A DNA stretch of 32,000 nt from Fastidiosibacter lacustris (GTDB taxonomy: Bacteria > Pseudomonadota > Gammaproteobacteria > Francisellales > Francisellaceae): positions 9,412-41,411 of the forward strand of contig NZ_QLIR01000016.1 of assembly GCF_003428155.1 (NCBI RefSeq). Reading direction: 5' to 3'. The position numbers and the translations under genes are program-made. How positions within the stretch are numbered: the stretch's first letter is position 1; every line of letters starts with the position of its first letter. The notes below the pieces were generated by a model that saw only the letters and a list, made by a program, of their open reading frames with translations, was not told the origin of the DNA and ran no database searches. Shown piece by piece: positions 1 through 10,114 of the stretch.

Positions 1-398
1 TCCAGTTTTTTAGCGTATGGACGTAATTGTCTTAAGCGTTCAATCAAACCAGAACTCACGCCTGAACCACCATGTACCGCAACGCCTGAAGGTTTATTAA
101 TAATCATATAATCGTCGTTTTCATATAAAATAAGCGACTCAAGGAAGTTCAGATGATCTGCGCTGATTTTTATTGATTTGTGATCATCTTCTAATGTGAA
201 CGGTGGAATGCGGATAATATCACCTATTTGGACACGATAGGTTTGTTTGATGCGTTTTTTATTCACCCGCAGCTCACCCTTACGAATCCAACGATAAATC
301 AAAGTTTTTGGCAATTTGCTAAATTGACCGATTAAAAAGTTATCAATGCGCTGACCATTACGATCTGGATCAACATTTAGGTATTGAACTGAAGTCAT
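1..398 (-). CDS. rluC: 23S rRNA pseudouridine synthase RluC, N-terminal part (C-terminus lies beyond the window edge)
   Basis: My minus-strand translation from the ATG at 398 gives MTSVQYLNVDPDRNGQRIDNFLIGQFSKLPKTLIYRWIRKGELRVNKKRIK...IINKPSGVAVHGGSG. This is an S4 domain followed by the start of the RluA-family catalytic core, closely parallel to E. coli RluC. It is absent from the ORF track because it runs off the window. Confidence 0.8.
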   Translation of the reverse strand, partial: MTSVQYLNVDPDRNGQRIDNFLIGQFSKLPKTLIYRWIRKGELRVNKKRIKQTYRVQIGDIIRIPPFTLEDDHKSIKISADHLNFLESLILYENDDYMIINKPSGVAVHGGSGVSSGLIERLRQLRPYAKKL

Positions 399-677
399 AT
401 TAGTGCCTTTATTTACTCCGACATAAACGCTTGACGTTGTTGGTAAGTGTCTTGCTGATGAAAAACTTTAGTTAAGTGTACCAAAAAAAATAACAAAAAT
501 GCTGAGAAAATTGAAATCTGTCCAAAAGCAGATTGTGATCAAGATTTAAAAATCGCGAAGGTAATTATGCTGTGATATTTACTCATAAAGCGATGGAGTG
601 CTCGTAAATTCTTCGACTTTTAAGCGTGGTTGGTTACAATAGTCTGGTTTTATTTAGACTATCAAAAAGGACGCATA

Positions 678-1871
678 ATGAATAAAGCATTTTACGATTA
701 CCTTAAACAAGGCATTCAAGAAATTAAAGACGCTGGTATCTATAAAGCTGAGCGTATTCTTAACTCTCCTCAGTCTTCAGATATTACCTTAAAAAATGGA
801 GAGCATGTCATTAACTTCTGTGCCAATAATTATTTGGGGCTGGCAGATAATAAAAAACTGATTGAAACAGCTAAGTTAGCATTAGATAAATATGGCTATG
901 GCTCAGCATCTGTACGCTTTATTTGTGGGACTCAAACACCGCACAAAGAGCTGGAAGAGTTGATTAGTGATTATTTGAAGATGGACGAAACCATCGTTTT
1001 TCCATCTTGCTTTGACGCAAATGGTGGTGTGTTTGAATCACTATTAAATACAGAGGATGCCATTATTAGTGATCAATTGAATCATGCTAGTATTATTGAT
1101 GGAATCCGCTTATGCAAAGCAATGCGTTTTCGCTATCAAAACAATCATATGGCAGATTTAGAAACGCAGTTAAAAGCAGCAGATGAAAAAGGTGCGCGCT
1201 TTAAGCTGATCGTAACTGATGGTGTGTTCTCAATGGATGGTATTATCACAAATTTAAAGGGCATATGTGATTTAGCCGATAAATATCATGCACTTGTCAT
1301 GGTTGATGATTCACATGCCACTGGTTTTATTGGTGAAAAGGGACGGGGCACACCAAGCTTTTGTGGGGTTGAAGGTCGAGTTGATATTATCACTAGTACA
1401 CTTGGTAAAGCATTAGGTGGCGCTTCAGGTGGTTTTGTTGCAGCACGCGCACCAATTGCTGAAATGCTAAAACAAAAAGCACGCCCTTATTTGTTTTCAA
1501 ACTCTCTGGCACCGATAATTGCAGCAACCTCAATTGAAGCGATTAAGTTAGCAATACATTCAGATGAACGCAGAGAAATCTTACAACGTAATCAAAAGTA
1601 TTTTAGACAAAAGATGACCGAAGCAGGATTCAACCTTATTCCAGGACAGCATCCTATTATTCCTGTAATGTTATATGAAGAGAAAAAAGCAGCGCAAATG
1701 GCAGAACAACTACTTAAAAAAGGTATTTATGTCATCGCATTTTCTTATCCTGTGGTACCAAAAGGCTTAGCACGTATTCGGACGCAGATGTCGGCAGCAC
1801 ATACGGTTGAACAAATCGATAAAACTGTAGCTGCCTTTATTGAAGTTGGTAAAAAAATGGGTGTGATTTAA
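678..1871 (+). CDS. kbl: 2-amino-3-ketobutyrate CoA ligase (glycine C-acetyltransferase)
   Basis: NFCANNYLGL, SVRFICGTQ, DALNHASIIDG-like and DDSHATGF motifs are near-colinear with E. coli Kbl. I chose the ATG at 678 (MNKAFYDYL), preceded by aaaagga, over the track start at 630. The gene is followed directly by tdh, the canonical kbl-tdh operon. Confidence 0.93.
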   Translation: MNKAFYDYLKQGIQEIKDAGIYKAERILNSPQSSDITLKNGEHVINFCANNYLGLADNKKLIETAKLALDKYGYGSASVRFICGTQTPHKELEELISDYLKMDETIVFPSCFDANGGVFESLLNTEDAIISDQLNHASIIDGIRLCKAMRFRYQNNHMADLETQLKAADEKGARFKLIVTDGVFSMDGIITNLKGICDLADKYHALVMVDDSHATGFIGEKGRGTPSFCGVEGRVDIITSTLGKALGGASGGFVAARAPIAEMLKQKARPYLFSNSLAPIIAATSIEAIKLAIHSDERREILQRNQKYFRQKMTEAGFNLIPGQHPIIPVMLYEEKKAAQMAEQLLKKGIYVIAFSYPVVPKGLARIRTQMSAAHTVEQIDKTVAAFIEVGKKMGVI

Positions 1872-2933
1872 ATGCAAAAAACAATGAAAGCACTATCAAA
1901 GCTAAAAGCAGAACCTGGGATTTGGATGACAGAATTACCCATCCCCGAGGTTGGACATAATGATGTATTGATAAAAGTCAAAAAAACAGCGATTTGTGGT
2001 ACAGATTTACATATTTACTTATGGGATGAGTGGTCACAAAAAACAATTCCAATCCCCATGGCAGTTGGACATGAATTCGTTGGTGAAATCATTGAAGTAG
2101 GCTGTGAAGTAAAAGGATTTAAAGTAGGTGATCGCGTATCTGGTGAAGGACACATTACTTGTGGTTTTTGTCGCAACTGTCGCGCAGGTAAGCGTCATCT
2201 ATGCCGTAATACGGTTGGGGTGGGTGTTAATCGCCAAGGAGCTTTTGCAGAGTACCTAGTCATCCCTGCTGAGAATACTTTTAAAGTGCCAAATTATGTG
2301 GATGATGATATTGCCAGCATGTTTGATCCTTTTGGTAATGCGGTACATACGGCATTATCATTTGATTTAATAGGTGAAGATGTATTAATCACCGGTGCTG
2401 GTCCAATAGGTATTATGGCTGTAGCCATTGCGCGCCATGTCGGAGCTAAACATATTGTCATCACCGATGTGAACGAATATCGCTTAAATCTGGCAAAGCA
2501 ATTGGGTGCAGATATCGCACTTAACGTAAGCGTGTATAAATCAGCACAAGAACAAGCTGATGCACTTAAAAAATGTATGCAGCAATTAGGTATGACAGAA
2601 GGTTTTGACGTTGGCATGGAAATGTCTGGTAATCAAAGTGCTATTCCAGCAATGATTAAAACAATGAATAATGGTGGCAGTATTGCCATGCTTGGCATCA
2701 GTAAGGGAGAGCTCAGTGTACCTTGGAACGATATTGTATTTAAAGGCTTGCATTTAAAAGGCATCTATGGACGTGAAATTTATGAAACTTGGTACAAAAT
2801 GGCAAGTATGGTGGGCTCAGGTTTAAATATTAGTTCTGTCATTACACACCAGTTTCATATAGATGACTTTATCAAAGGATTTGAATTAATGAAGTCTGGT
2901 CAGTGTGGTAAAGTAATTTTGAATTGGAGCTAG
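1872..2933 (+). CDS. tdh: L-threonine 3-dehydrogenase (Zn-dependent)
   Basis: [16 protein letters not shown]...[11 protein letters not shown]...[21 protein letters not shown]...GKVILNW is colinear with E. coli Tdh. The start codon abuts the kbl stop. Confidence 0.95.
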   Translation: MQKTMKALSKLKAEPGIWMTELPIPEVGHNDVLIKVKKTAICGTDLHIYLWDEWSQKTIPIPMAVGHEFVGEIIEVGCEVKGFKVGDRVSGEGHITCGFCRNCRAGKRHLCRNTVGVGVNRQGAFAEYLVIPAENTFKVPNYVDDDIASMFDPFGNAVHTALSFDLIGEDVLITGAGPIGIMAVAIARHVGAKHIVITDVNEYRLNLAKQLGADIALNVSVYKSAQEQADALKKCMQQLGMTEGFDVGMEMSGNQSAIPAMIKTMNNGGSIAMLGISKGELSVPWNDIVFKGLHLKGIYGREIYETWYKMASMVGSGLNISSVITHQFHIDDFIKGFELMKSGQCGKVILNWS

Positions 2934-3091
2934 AGTCTGTCTCTCCATCTAACTGTGTAAATTTTTCATAATTCCAAATTCTGCCTTCAAATTTGATTAA
3001 AAAATGAGACATAGCTTCACTCCAATTGGGAGTATTCAAATAATTGTGTAAATTCATTCCTAGGTTATGATGATAAAAACATATAATCTAG

Positions 3092-3250
3092 GAACGAAAG
3101 ACGAGAAATAGAAAACAAAATGAAGCTTTAAATCAAGCGCGTGATCTGATTGTTGATTCAGGCGCTGATCTGTCAAATTTATTTAAATCAGAAGGTTTGC
3201 TAAAACAACTCACATAAGGGTTAATTGAATGCGCTTTACAAAGTGAATTA
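3092..3250 (+). pseudogene. Relic of an IS256/Mutator-family transposase N-terminus, with an in-frame stop and a truncated 3' side
   Basis: My translation gives ...EALNQARDLIVDSGADLSNLFKSEGLLKQLT*GLIECALQSEL. This resembles the conserved N-terminal LLKQLTKxLxExALxxEL segment of IS256-family transposases. A TAA sits where a Lys is expected, and similarity ends just before the cpoB stop. No catalytic DDE part is present. Confidence 0.5.
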
Positions 3251-3272
3251 AAATTTGAATATTTCCTTAAAT

Positions 3273-3980
3273 TTATCTAATTTCCTTCAACTGCTCTTGT
3301 GCTTTTGCTATCAGATCTGAATGTGGGTATTTTGCAATGATTTCATCAAGGTATTTTTTTGCTATTTTGCTGTTGCCTTTACTTATTTCCAGTAATGCCA
3401 AGGCATACGTTGCATCGGCGATTTTAATACTTTTAGGATATCGTGTTACAATCGTTTTGAACTGTTGATAAGCAAAATCTATGTCACCATTGATAAGGTA
3501 AATTTGCCCCAACAAATATAAAGATTCTGAATAGTGCTCACCATTGTAATAATCTTTAAGATATTGCTTAAATAAGCCCTCAGCATCTTTATACTTTTTC
3601 GCTAGTAGTGCTTTACTTGCTTTGTCAAACGCAGCGTTATCATTTTCTAACCTTAACTCCTTGGGTGAGGGTTTATTGATTTCTTTTTTAAGCGCATTTA
3701 ACTCTTTTTCAAAAGTCGCAAGCTTGGAATCTATCAACACATTAAGTTGATTGATTTTATAGCTATTGAGCTCAATTTGACCACGTAAGTCATTGAGCTG
3801 TTGACGAAAATCTTGATTACTGACCTTATTTTGTTGATTAATCAAATATTGCACTTGATTGCTCAGCTTAGTAGTTTCAAGTTTAAGGTTTGCAACATCC
3901 GCATTTAAGTTTGCAAACACTAAACCTGGCGCAAAAACAAGCAACACCCCGCATATGCCTAGCTTTCTTACTTTTGTCAT
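3273..3980 (-). CDS. cpoB: Tol-Pal system protein CpoB/YbgF (signal peptide, coiled coil, TPR repeats)
   Basis: It has an N-terminal signal peptide, a Q/N/L-rich coiled-coil region and a C-terminal TPR-like region (YLLGQIYLINGDIDFAYQQF..., YALALLEISKGN). It occupies the last position after pal in the tol-pal cluster. Confidence 0.85.
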   Translation of the reverse strand: MTKVRKLGICGVLLVFAPGLVFANLNADVANLKLETTKLSNQVQYLINQQNKVSNQDFRQQLNDLRGQIELNSYKINQLNVLIDSKLATFEKELNALKKEINKPSPKELRLENDNAAFDKASKALLAKKYKDAEGLFKQYLKDYYNGEHYSESLYLLGQIYLINGDIDFAYQQFKTIVTRYPKSIKIADATYALALLEISKGNSKIAKKYLDEIIAKYPHSDLIAKAQEQLKEIR

Positions 3981-3993
3981 AACTACTTATCCA

Positions 3994-4674
3994 TTAACCG
4001 CATTGTTGACCAAATTCAAGCTCGGTGCGGCGATCCAAATAATAAGCATGCTGACGTGCTTTGGCTTTACATGCCACATTTTCAGTAGCTCCACACATTT
4101 GTGCATAAAATTGAGAAGGAGCCGCAGCAGGTTGTGATTTACCGTAACTCACCGTGCAAACATCTCCTCCTGTTACACCTTGTTGTAACAAGTATTGACG
4201 CACATTATCGGCGCGACGCTGACCAAGGTTTAAGTTATATTTTTCACTTCCGCGTGGATCAGTGTGACCTGCTAAGCGAATCGGTTGATTGTATTTCAAT
4301 AAATAACTCGCTACTTGATTTAAGCAGCTTTTTGCATCAGCGGTAAGCTCTGTACTATCAAACGCAAAATAGACACGCTGACATGACGACATACTATTTA
4401 ATGCTGCCATCATTTGTTGTTGCTGTTTAGGGGTATATTGACCAATATTAGCAATTTGACTTTGCAAGTCAGCAATACTTTGACTATCCAAGCTACCAGC
4501 TTGACCTAGTGCATTTGTTTCAACGTCAGAATTTGTTGCACTTGTCCCCAAACCACCTTCGGGTCCAACTCCTTCAATCGGAGCCTGCCTCTGTGAAGCG
4601 CAACCTGCAACGAATAATATCGATAATAAACTTGCCATTGCCAAAAGATTTTTTTTTGTTTGTTTATTTGCCAT
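3994..4674 (-). CDS. pal: Peptidoglycan-associated lipoprotein Pal (OmpA-like domain)
   Basis: It has the lipobox LFVAGC and the OmpA-like core VYFAFDSTELT...LAGHTDPRGSEKYNLNLGQRRA...DRRTELEF. It lies between tolB and cpoB. Confidence 0.9.
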   Translation of the reverse strand: MANKQTKKNLLAMASLLSILFVAGCASQRQAPIEGVGPEGGLGTSATNSDVETNALGQAGSLDSQSIADLQSQIANIGQYTPKQQQQMMAALNSMSSCQRVYFAFDSTELTADAKSCLNQVASYLLKYNQPIRLAGHTDPRGSEKYNLNLGQRRADNVRQYLLQQGVTGGDVCTVSYGKSQPAAAPSQFYAQMCGATENVACKAKARQHAYYLDRRTELEFGQQCG

Positions 4675-4734
4675 TTTTAGTCCTTAATTATTTTTTTACT
4701 ACCCGTGATTTTTAGAAAATCAGAATACTATAAT

Positions 4735-6054
4735 TTATATCATCTGTGACCATGCAGGAGATTGCACTGCTCCTACGGTATTGGATGGTAAGGTAATTTG
4801 CACCTTGCCGTCAATGGATACCATCGCTAGATTCGCCCCTCCCCCTACTTGCCCTTGACTGTAGATAATCATATTGCCATCAGGGGAAACGCTTGGCGAA
4901 GAATCCATTTGTCCTTGTGTGAGTACTGTAATTTTTTGAGTCGCTAGATCAACTTTTGCGATTTGAGTACCCGAATTACCATCTTTCTGATACATAAATA
5001 CAATGTTTTGACCATTTGGCGTATACTGCGGATCAAAAGCTTGATTTGGTCCATAGGTTAAGCGCTCAGATGAAGGGTATTTACTGTTAATATCAGTGAT
5101 ATAAATCTGCGGACTCCCGCCCCGATTAGAAACGAATGCTAACTGCTTGCCTGAGGGTGAAAAGGCAGGTGCGGTATTGATACCATTTAAGGTTAATTTC
5201 TTATAAAGCTTATTATTATTCAAATTCATCAAATAAATATTCGTGTTTTCCGAATACCCTTGTGATAAGGCCATAGCTAGTGTATTTCCATCTGGTGAGA
5301 ACGCAGGTGAGCTATTAATACCCTGATAACTTGCCACTTTTTTGCGTTGCCCAGTGTACACCTCAATCGTATAAATCGCCATATTTCCTCTGCTATAACT
5401 TACATAAGCAATAGTTTTGCCATCCTTTGACCAACTGGGTGACATGATCGGTTCTTTTGTTTGACGTAACAATACATGGGGATTAAAACCATCATAATCT
5501 GACACAATGAGCTGATATACGGCTTTTTTTGTATCATAAGGATTTTCAACGTCTACATAGACAAGCTTAGAAGTAAAATAACCTTTGCTACCTGTGATTG
5601 CTTCATAAATGAAATTACTAATTGTATGGGCAACCGATCGTAGTTGATTACTTTTGATATTGCTAAATTTACGTGCACTTAACACACTGTTACTTAATTT
5701 ACTGACTAGCTCATAGCTTATATCATAGCTACCACCATTATCTTGAACCTCCCCAATCACAATGTAATCTGCAGACCATTTGGACCAATTGATCTCACTC
5801 ACACGATTAAGTTTTTGCCGAAAATCCTTTGTTTGTGGCGCCAAACGACCTGAGTTTCTTAAATCATCTGCAATCACGTAAGAAATGCCATCTGGTACTT
5901 CAGTATTTTTAGGGTAGGCACCACTAAATGGCATTACTGCCACAGGAATTTGCTGTGAGACGCCTTGGGTAATGTTAATCGTAAGCCTTGCTTGTACTGC
6001 TACTGTCGACACAACTAAAAAAATCATTGTCAAAGCTTGGAATAGTTTTTGCAT
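4735..6054 (-). CDS. tolB: Tol-Pal system beta-propeller protein TolB
   Basis: It has a signal peptide, then repeated SP(A/S)(F/W)SPDG(K/N) propeller blades (PSWSKDGKTIAYVS, PAFSPDGNTLA, PAFSPSGKQLAFVS, PSVSPDGNMI). Its position after tolA fits. Confidence 0.93.
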   Translation of the reverse strand: MQKLFQALTMIFLVVSTVAVQARLTINITQGVSQQIPVAVMPFSGAYPKNTEVPDGISYVIADDLRNSGRLAPQTKDFRQKLNRVSEINWSKWSADYIVIGEVQDNGGSYDISYELVSKLSNSVLSARKFSNIKSNQLRSVAHTISNFIYEAITGSKGYFTSKLVYVDVENPYDTKKAVYQLIVSDYDGFNPHVLLRQTKEPIMSPSWSKDGKTIAYVSYSRGNMAIYTIEVYTGQRKKVASYQGINSSPAFSPDGNTLAMALSQGYSENTNIYLMNLNNNKLYKKLTLNGINTAPAFSPSGKQLAFVSNRGGSPQIYITDINSKYPSSERLTYGPNQAFDPQYTPNGQNIVFMYQKDGNSGTQIAKVDLATQKITVLTQGQMDSSPSVSPDGNMIIYSQGQVGGGANLAMVSIDGKVQITLPSNTVGAVQSPAWSQMI

Positions 6055-6057
6055 TGT

Positions 6058-7050
6058 TTATCCTTGTTCACCAAATTGAAAATCAATACCTTCTGATATG
6101 AGTTTTTTTGCACCAATATCGTTTGGTAAAGTAGGTGCTTGTACGTTTTTAAATGCTAATAATAATGACCGATCACATTGCATATTACCACTAGAAACGA
6201 AAATCGTTGGTGTGCGTCCTGGAATAACCGTCACTGTAGGCAACTGATTTGCACTGATTTTACGGCAATCATCCATTATCCATACGGCTTCAATACGTGC
6301 CTTATACGCTTGAGCATAAGTCTGTAGAGCTTTTTGCGTTGCACTTTGTGCGGCTAGTTCAGCGCTTTGGGCATTTAAATCATTTAATGCTGATTGCTGT
6401 AAAGCCTTTAATGCCTCTTGCTGACGAACTTTGGCTTGTGCTTGTTGCTCTAATTTGAGCACTTTTTGGCGTTCAAGCTCAGCTGCTTTAGATTGTGCTT
6501 CTTGCTTTAGTTTTTGTTCTTTTTCTTTCTGCTCTTTTTGTGCTTTTTCACGTAACACCTGTTGCTTTTTTTCTTCTACTTGAATCTTGAGTTTTTCCTC
6601 TTGTGCTTTTTGTTTTGCTTCTTCAGCAAGCCTTAGCTGTTCTTGACGTACGGCTTCTTGTTTTGCTTGAGTCAGCTTTTCTTCCATTTCTTTTATTTTA
6701 TCCTGGCGTTTGCGCGCTTGAATTTGTTGTTGCTCATAAACTTGTTGCACAGCTTGATAGGCTTTTAACTCTTTATCTAAGTCTTCGCTAGATATCGCTT
6801 GAGCTTGCACAATCTCTTTATTTGAGATGTTTACAAGCGGAAGATTAGCAGTTAGGTTTAAGGTTTGTTTATTACTCTGCAATATTGCCTTTAATGCCAC
6901 CAAACCAATCAGCAAACCAATATGTAATAACACGGAATAAACGAAACTACGACGCTCAAACGTTTTTGTGACACTTACATAGATTAGTTTTATTTGGTCA
7001 AATACTGCTTTTTTTGTTGCCTTACGCATATGACTATCGTTGCGAGTCAT
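6058..7050 (-). CDS. tolA: Tol-Pal system protein TolA
   Basis: It has one N-terminal TM helix, a long K/E/Q/A-rich helical domain II and a C-terminal domain III. It lies between tolR and tolB. The start is uncertain: ATG 7050 overlaps the tolR end, and the alternative ATG at 7029 lies 4 nt after the tolR stop. Confidence 0.8.
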   Translation of the reverse strand: MTRNDSHMRKATKKAVFDQIKLIYVSVTKTFERRSFVYSVLLHIGLLIGLVALKAILQSNKQTLNLTANLPLVNISNKEIVQAQAISSEDLDKELKAYQAVQQVYEQQQIQARKRQDKIKEMEEKLTQAKQEAVRQEQLRLAEEAKQKAQEEKLKIQVEEKKQQVLREKAQKEQKEKEQKLKQEAQSKAAELERQKVLKLEQQAQAKVRQQEALKALQQSALNDLNAQSAELAAQSATQKALQTYAQAYKARIEAVWIMDDCRKISANQLPTVTVIPGRTPTIFVSSGNMQCDRSLLLAFKNVQAPTLPNDIGAKKLISEGIDFQFGEQG

Positions 7051-7465
7051 CGGTTACCAATCCCACACTTGCTACACCCGCTTTTTGCAATAACACCATT
7101 GCTTCTACAACCTGTCCATAGCTTGCATTTTTATCGCCTCGCACATACACCTGTTTACCTTTATCTTGAGATAAGGTAGTACTAATAATACTTGTAAGCT
7201 GCGCTGCTGTAAGCGCGGTATTCTCATTGTTACGATTTAAGAAATATTGCCCTTGCTGATTGACGGTAACAATCAAGGGCTTTTGATCAGTTGGTGGAAT
7301 CTTCTGTGCCTGAGCCTGTGGCAAATCGACCTTGACCCCTTGGGTGAGCATTGGTGCAGTGATCATAAAAATAACCAAAAGCACAAGCATCACGTCAATA
7401 TAAGGAACAACATTAATTTCAACCATCGCCTTACCTGTGGTACGGCGAGAGTGTTTACGACGCAT
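7034..7465 (-). CDS. tolR: Tol-Pal system protein TolR (ExbD/TolR family)
   Basis: EINVVPYIDVMLVLLVIFMITAP is the ExbD/TolR signature TM segment. The size is 143 aa and it lies between tolQ and tolA. Confidence 0.9.
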   Translation of the reverse strand: MRRKHSRRTTGKAMVEINVVPYIDVMLVLLVIFMITAPMLTQGVKVDLPQAQAQKIPPTDQKPLIVTVNQQGQYFLNRNNENTALTAAQLTSIISTTLSQDKGKQVYVRGDKNASYGQVVEAMVLLQKAGVASVGLVTDDSQR

Positions 7466-8160
7466 TATAGTGCCTCGCTGATACCTGGTTTATATGCTTC
7501 ACGATAAAGCAAAGTACAAAGCTCATCTTGAAAATTCTCATATTCCAATAACATTGCATCTACTGCACGCGAATAGCGGTTATAACCCACAACCGCAGGA
7601 ATCGCAACAAATAAACCCAATGCAGTGGCAATTAAGGCTTCAGCAATATGAGGAGCCACCATTGACAAAGTAGCCTGCTCAACGCCACTTAGCGCGGTAA
7701 AGGAAGCCATAATTCCCCACACAGTTCCTAATAATCCAACGTAAGGCGCAATCGAACCAATCGTGCCTAAAAGTGAAATTTGATGTTCAAGCTTTTGGCT
7801 TTCTTGCATCATGGCAACACGCATTGAACGCTCAACCCCTTCCAATACAATATCACCATGCAAAGCTGACTGTTTACGTAAACGCATAAACTCACGAAAA
7901 CCGCAACTAAATAAATACGACATGCCCTGTGCTTTTTGCTTATTATGCTGTAACTGCTGATAGACTTTACTGATGTTACCACTTGACCAAAATTCCTTTA
8001 CAAATGATTTTGCTTCAAGCCTTGCGCTTTTAATCACATGATAACGTTGGATCATAATCGCCCATGACCAAACTGAACCCACAATTAAAATTAATATAAT
8101 AAGCTGCACCACAATATCTGCATTTAAAACCAAATGCCAAAAAGATAAATTATTGGACAC
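7465..8160 (-). CDS. tolQ: Tol-Pal system protein TolQ (MotA/TolQ/ExbB proton channel)
   Basis: It has a three-TM architecture, and the GTIGSIAPYVGLLGTVWGIM motif is typical of TolQ/ExbB. It is the first gene of the cluster. Confidence 0.92.
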   Translation of the reverse strand: MSNNLSFWHLVLNADIVVQLIILILIVGSVWSWAIMIQRYHVIKSARLEAKSFVKEFWSSGNISKVYQQLQHNKQKAQGMSYLFSCGFREFMRLRKQSALHGDIVLEGVERSMRVAMMQESQKLEHQISLLGTIGSIAPYVGLLGTVWGIMASFTALSGVEQATLSMVAPHIAEALIATALGLFVAIPAVVGYNRYSRAVDAMLLEYENFQDELCTLLYREAYKPGISEAL

Positions 8161-8401
8161 ACAAACCCCGCTATTGCTATTAATACAATGGCTTTATTAT
8201 ATGATGATTACATAAATTACCAAAGCCTATTACGGCGAAATTGCAAAAACACTGTAGGATTGTTTGCTTAATCAAAATCAATAAAATTTAAGTGATCCTC
8301 ACTGACATTGCATTAAGACAAATGCTTGCTATTCCAAAAGCAAGTAAGTGTTGAGAATGCTAATTGCCATATTTCACTCTTCCTTTCCTTTGAAGCATTA
8401 A

Positions 8402-9187
8402 CTAATTAATTGCACCCATACTGACACAATGGTAACCAGCATCGACATGAATCACCTCGCCAGTAATTCCACTTGCTAAGTCAGACGCTAAAAATGCAAC
8501 TGTGTTTCCAACCTCCAAAATATCAATATTTCTTTTAAGCGGTGCGACTTGTGCATTATAATCCAACATTTTTCTAAAACTTTTGATCCCTGATGCTGCT
8601 AACGTTCGAATTGGTCCTGCTGAAACTGCATTAGCACGAATACCTTCTGCACCTAAAGATAGTGCTGTATAGCGAACGGTTGCCTCTAAAGCTGCTTTGG
8701 CAACTCCCATTGTGTTATAGCTTGGCATAGCACGCTCGGCACCTAAATAGGTTAAGGTTGTAACGGAGGAGTTTCTACCTTGCATCATTTTACGCCCTGC
8801 CTTTGCTAGTGCTGCAAAACTATATGCACTAATATCATGTGAAATCTTAAATCCTTCGCGTGTTACAGCCGATATAAAATCTCCTTCTAACTGATCAGCA
8901 GGTGCATATGCGACCGAATGAACGATTCCATCCAAACCCTCCCAGTTTTGTCCTAAAATTGTGAAGACATTTTCAATTTGCTCATCACTTGTCACATCAC
9001 ATTCAATCAGTGCAGCAGGATGATAATGCTCCGTGAGCTTTTCAATACGCTCTTTGAAACGTTCATTTTGATAAGTAAACGCAAGTTCAGCACCTTCACG
9101 GTGCATCGCTTCTGCCACACCATAAGCAATCGATTTATTGCTTAGTAACCCAACGATTAGAACCTTTTTGTCTTTTAAAAAACCCAT
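8402..9187 (-). CDS. fabI: Enoyl-[acyl-carrier-protein] reductase (NADH) FabI
   Basis: [13 protein letters not shown]...SIAYGVA...HSVAYAP...[13 protein letters not shown]...[11 protein letters not shown] is colinear with E. coli FabI, including the Y-x6-K catalytic pattern. Confidence 0.95.
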   Translation of the reverse strand: MGFLKDKKVLIVGLLSNKSIAYGVAEAMHREGAELAFTYQNERFKERIEKLTEHYHPAALIECDVTSDEQIENVFTILGQNWEGLDGIVHSVAYAPADQLEGDFISAVTREGFKISHDISAYSFAALAKAGRKMMQGRNSSVTTLTYLGAERAMPSYNTMGVAKAALEATVRYTALSLGAEGIRANAVSAGPIRTLAASGIKSFRKMLDYNAQVAPLKRNIDILEVGNTVAFLASDLASGITGEVIHVDAGYHCVSMGAIN

Positions 9188-9367
9188 TGATTTTCCTTAA
9201 TTTTTAATTAACAAACCGATACACCTATTTATTATGCAATAATTTATCATTTGCTGCAGCAACTAACATAGCATGAATGCTAGATTGTGTTACCATACCC
9301 ACTGACTTACTCCATAGTAATTGTGAATCATCTAAAAGCAAAAACAACAGAAACTAAAAGAAAGAAA

Positions 9368-10105
9368 ATGAATAAAACACGAAAAACATTACACCCACGT
9401 GCGCATACTGAGGCCACGACTTATGGTAACGTTCACTTTGATCAATCGCGAGCCACATGGAATATTTTTAAAGTCATGTCAGAACTTGTTGAGGGATATG
9501 AACGCTTAGATGACATACAACCTGCTGTTAGCATCTTTGGTTCTGCGCGCTTGCCTAGCTCTTCCAAGCATTTTCGCGATGCTGAGGAAATTGCACGCAG
9601 GCTCTCAGACAAAGGTTTTAGTATTATTACTGGCGGCGGACACGGGATTATGGCTGCTGGTAATATCGGTGCCTCAAGGGGGGAAGGAGTAAGCATAGGT
9701 TTAAACATTCAATTACCGTTTGAACAAATTCCGAACCAACATCAAGACATCTCACTTCATTATCGCTATTTCTTCACACGCAAAGCAATGTTTGTTAAAC
9801 ATTCAATGGCCTACATTAGCATGCCTGGTGGTTTTGGCACACTTGATGAGCTCTTTGATATTGCAACGCTCGTGCAAACCAAGAAAAAACGCCATATGCC
9901 AATTATTCTATTTAACACTCGTTTTTGGAAAGGATTATTGGACTGGGTAAATACTAAGCTTATTGAGGAAGGCGTGATTGGCGAAAACGATCCCAATCTT
10001 TTGCTTACAACAGACTCAATAGATGAGGTTGTTGATATTATCAGCAAACATCACGAAGAAAACCAAAACAAAAAAGTTGATAAAAAAGCAGAATTTATTT
10101 TTTAA
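9368..10105 (+). CDS. LOG-family / TIGR00730-type Rossmann-fold nucleotide-binding protein (predicted nucleotide phosphoribohydrolase)
   Basis: GGGxGxM (ITGGGHGIMAAGN) and PGGFGTLDELFD are the LOG-family signature motifs. I preferred the ATG at 9368 (MNKTRKTL) to the upstream non-ATG track start. Confidence 0.85.
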   Translation: MNKTRKTLHPRAHTEATTYGNVHFDQSRATWNIFKVMSELVEGYERLDDIQPAVSIFGSARLPSSSKHFRDAEEIARRLSDKGFSIITGGGHGIMAAGNIGASRGEGVSIGLNIQLPFEQIPNQHQDISLHYRYFFTRKAMFVKHSMAYISMPGGFGTLDELFDIATLVQTKKKRHMPIILFNTRFWKGLLDWVNTKLIEEGVIGENDPNLLLTTDSIDEVVDIISKHHEENQNKKVDKKAEFIF

Positions 10106-10114
10106 GGAGTATTA

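Noticed and set aside
2294-2617. 107-aa minus-strand ORF inside tdh. The same applies to 9442-9708, 9811-10047, 11332-11556, 12117-12428, 15132-15452, 28167-28410, 29124-29342, 30500-30718 and 31374-31613, which lie inside other well-supported genes.
   Set aside because: These are antisense or off-frame shadow ORFs wholly contained in strongly supported conserved genes. They have low-complexity or odd composition and no RBS.
2872-3057. 61-aa minus-strand ORF (MNLHNYLNTPNWSEAMSHF...) overlapping the tdh 3' end.
   Set aside because: It overlaps the tdh coding end, has no convincing RBS and has no recognisable family. It might be another fragment of the degraded IS-associated region, but I cannot support that.
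6400-6800. Repetitive K/E/Q/A-coding DNA in tolA that could be taken for a tandem repeat or a low-complexity element.
   Set aside because: This is the normal charged helical domain II of TolA. The repeats are degenerate at the DNA level.
8161-8401. An expected ybgC thioesterase gene upstream of tolQ, and a short hairpin (cttgct-N8-agcaag) downstream of fabI.
   Set aside because: The 241-nt gap has no ORF. Absence of ybgC is common outside the enterics. The hairpin has only 6 bp and no U-tract in either orientation.
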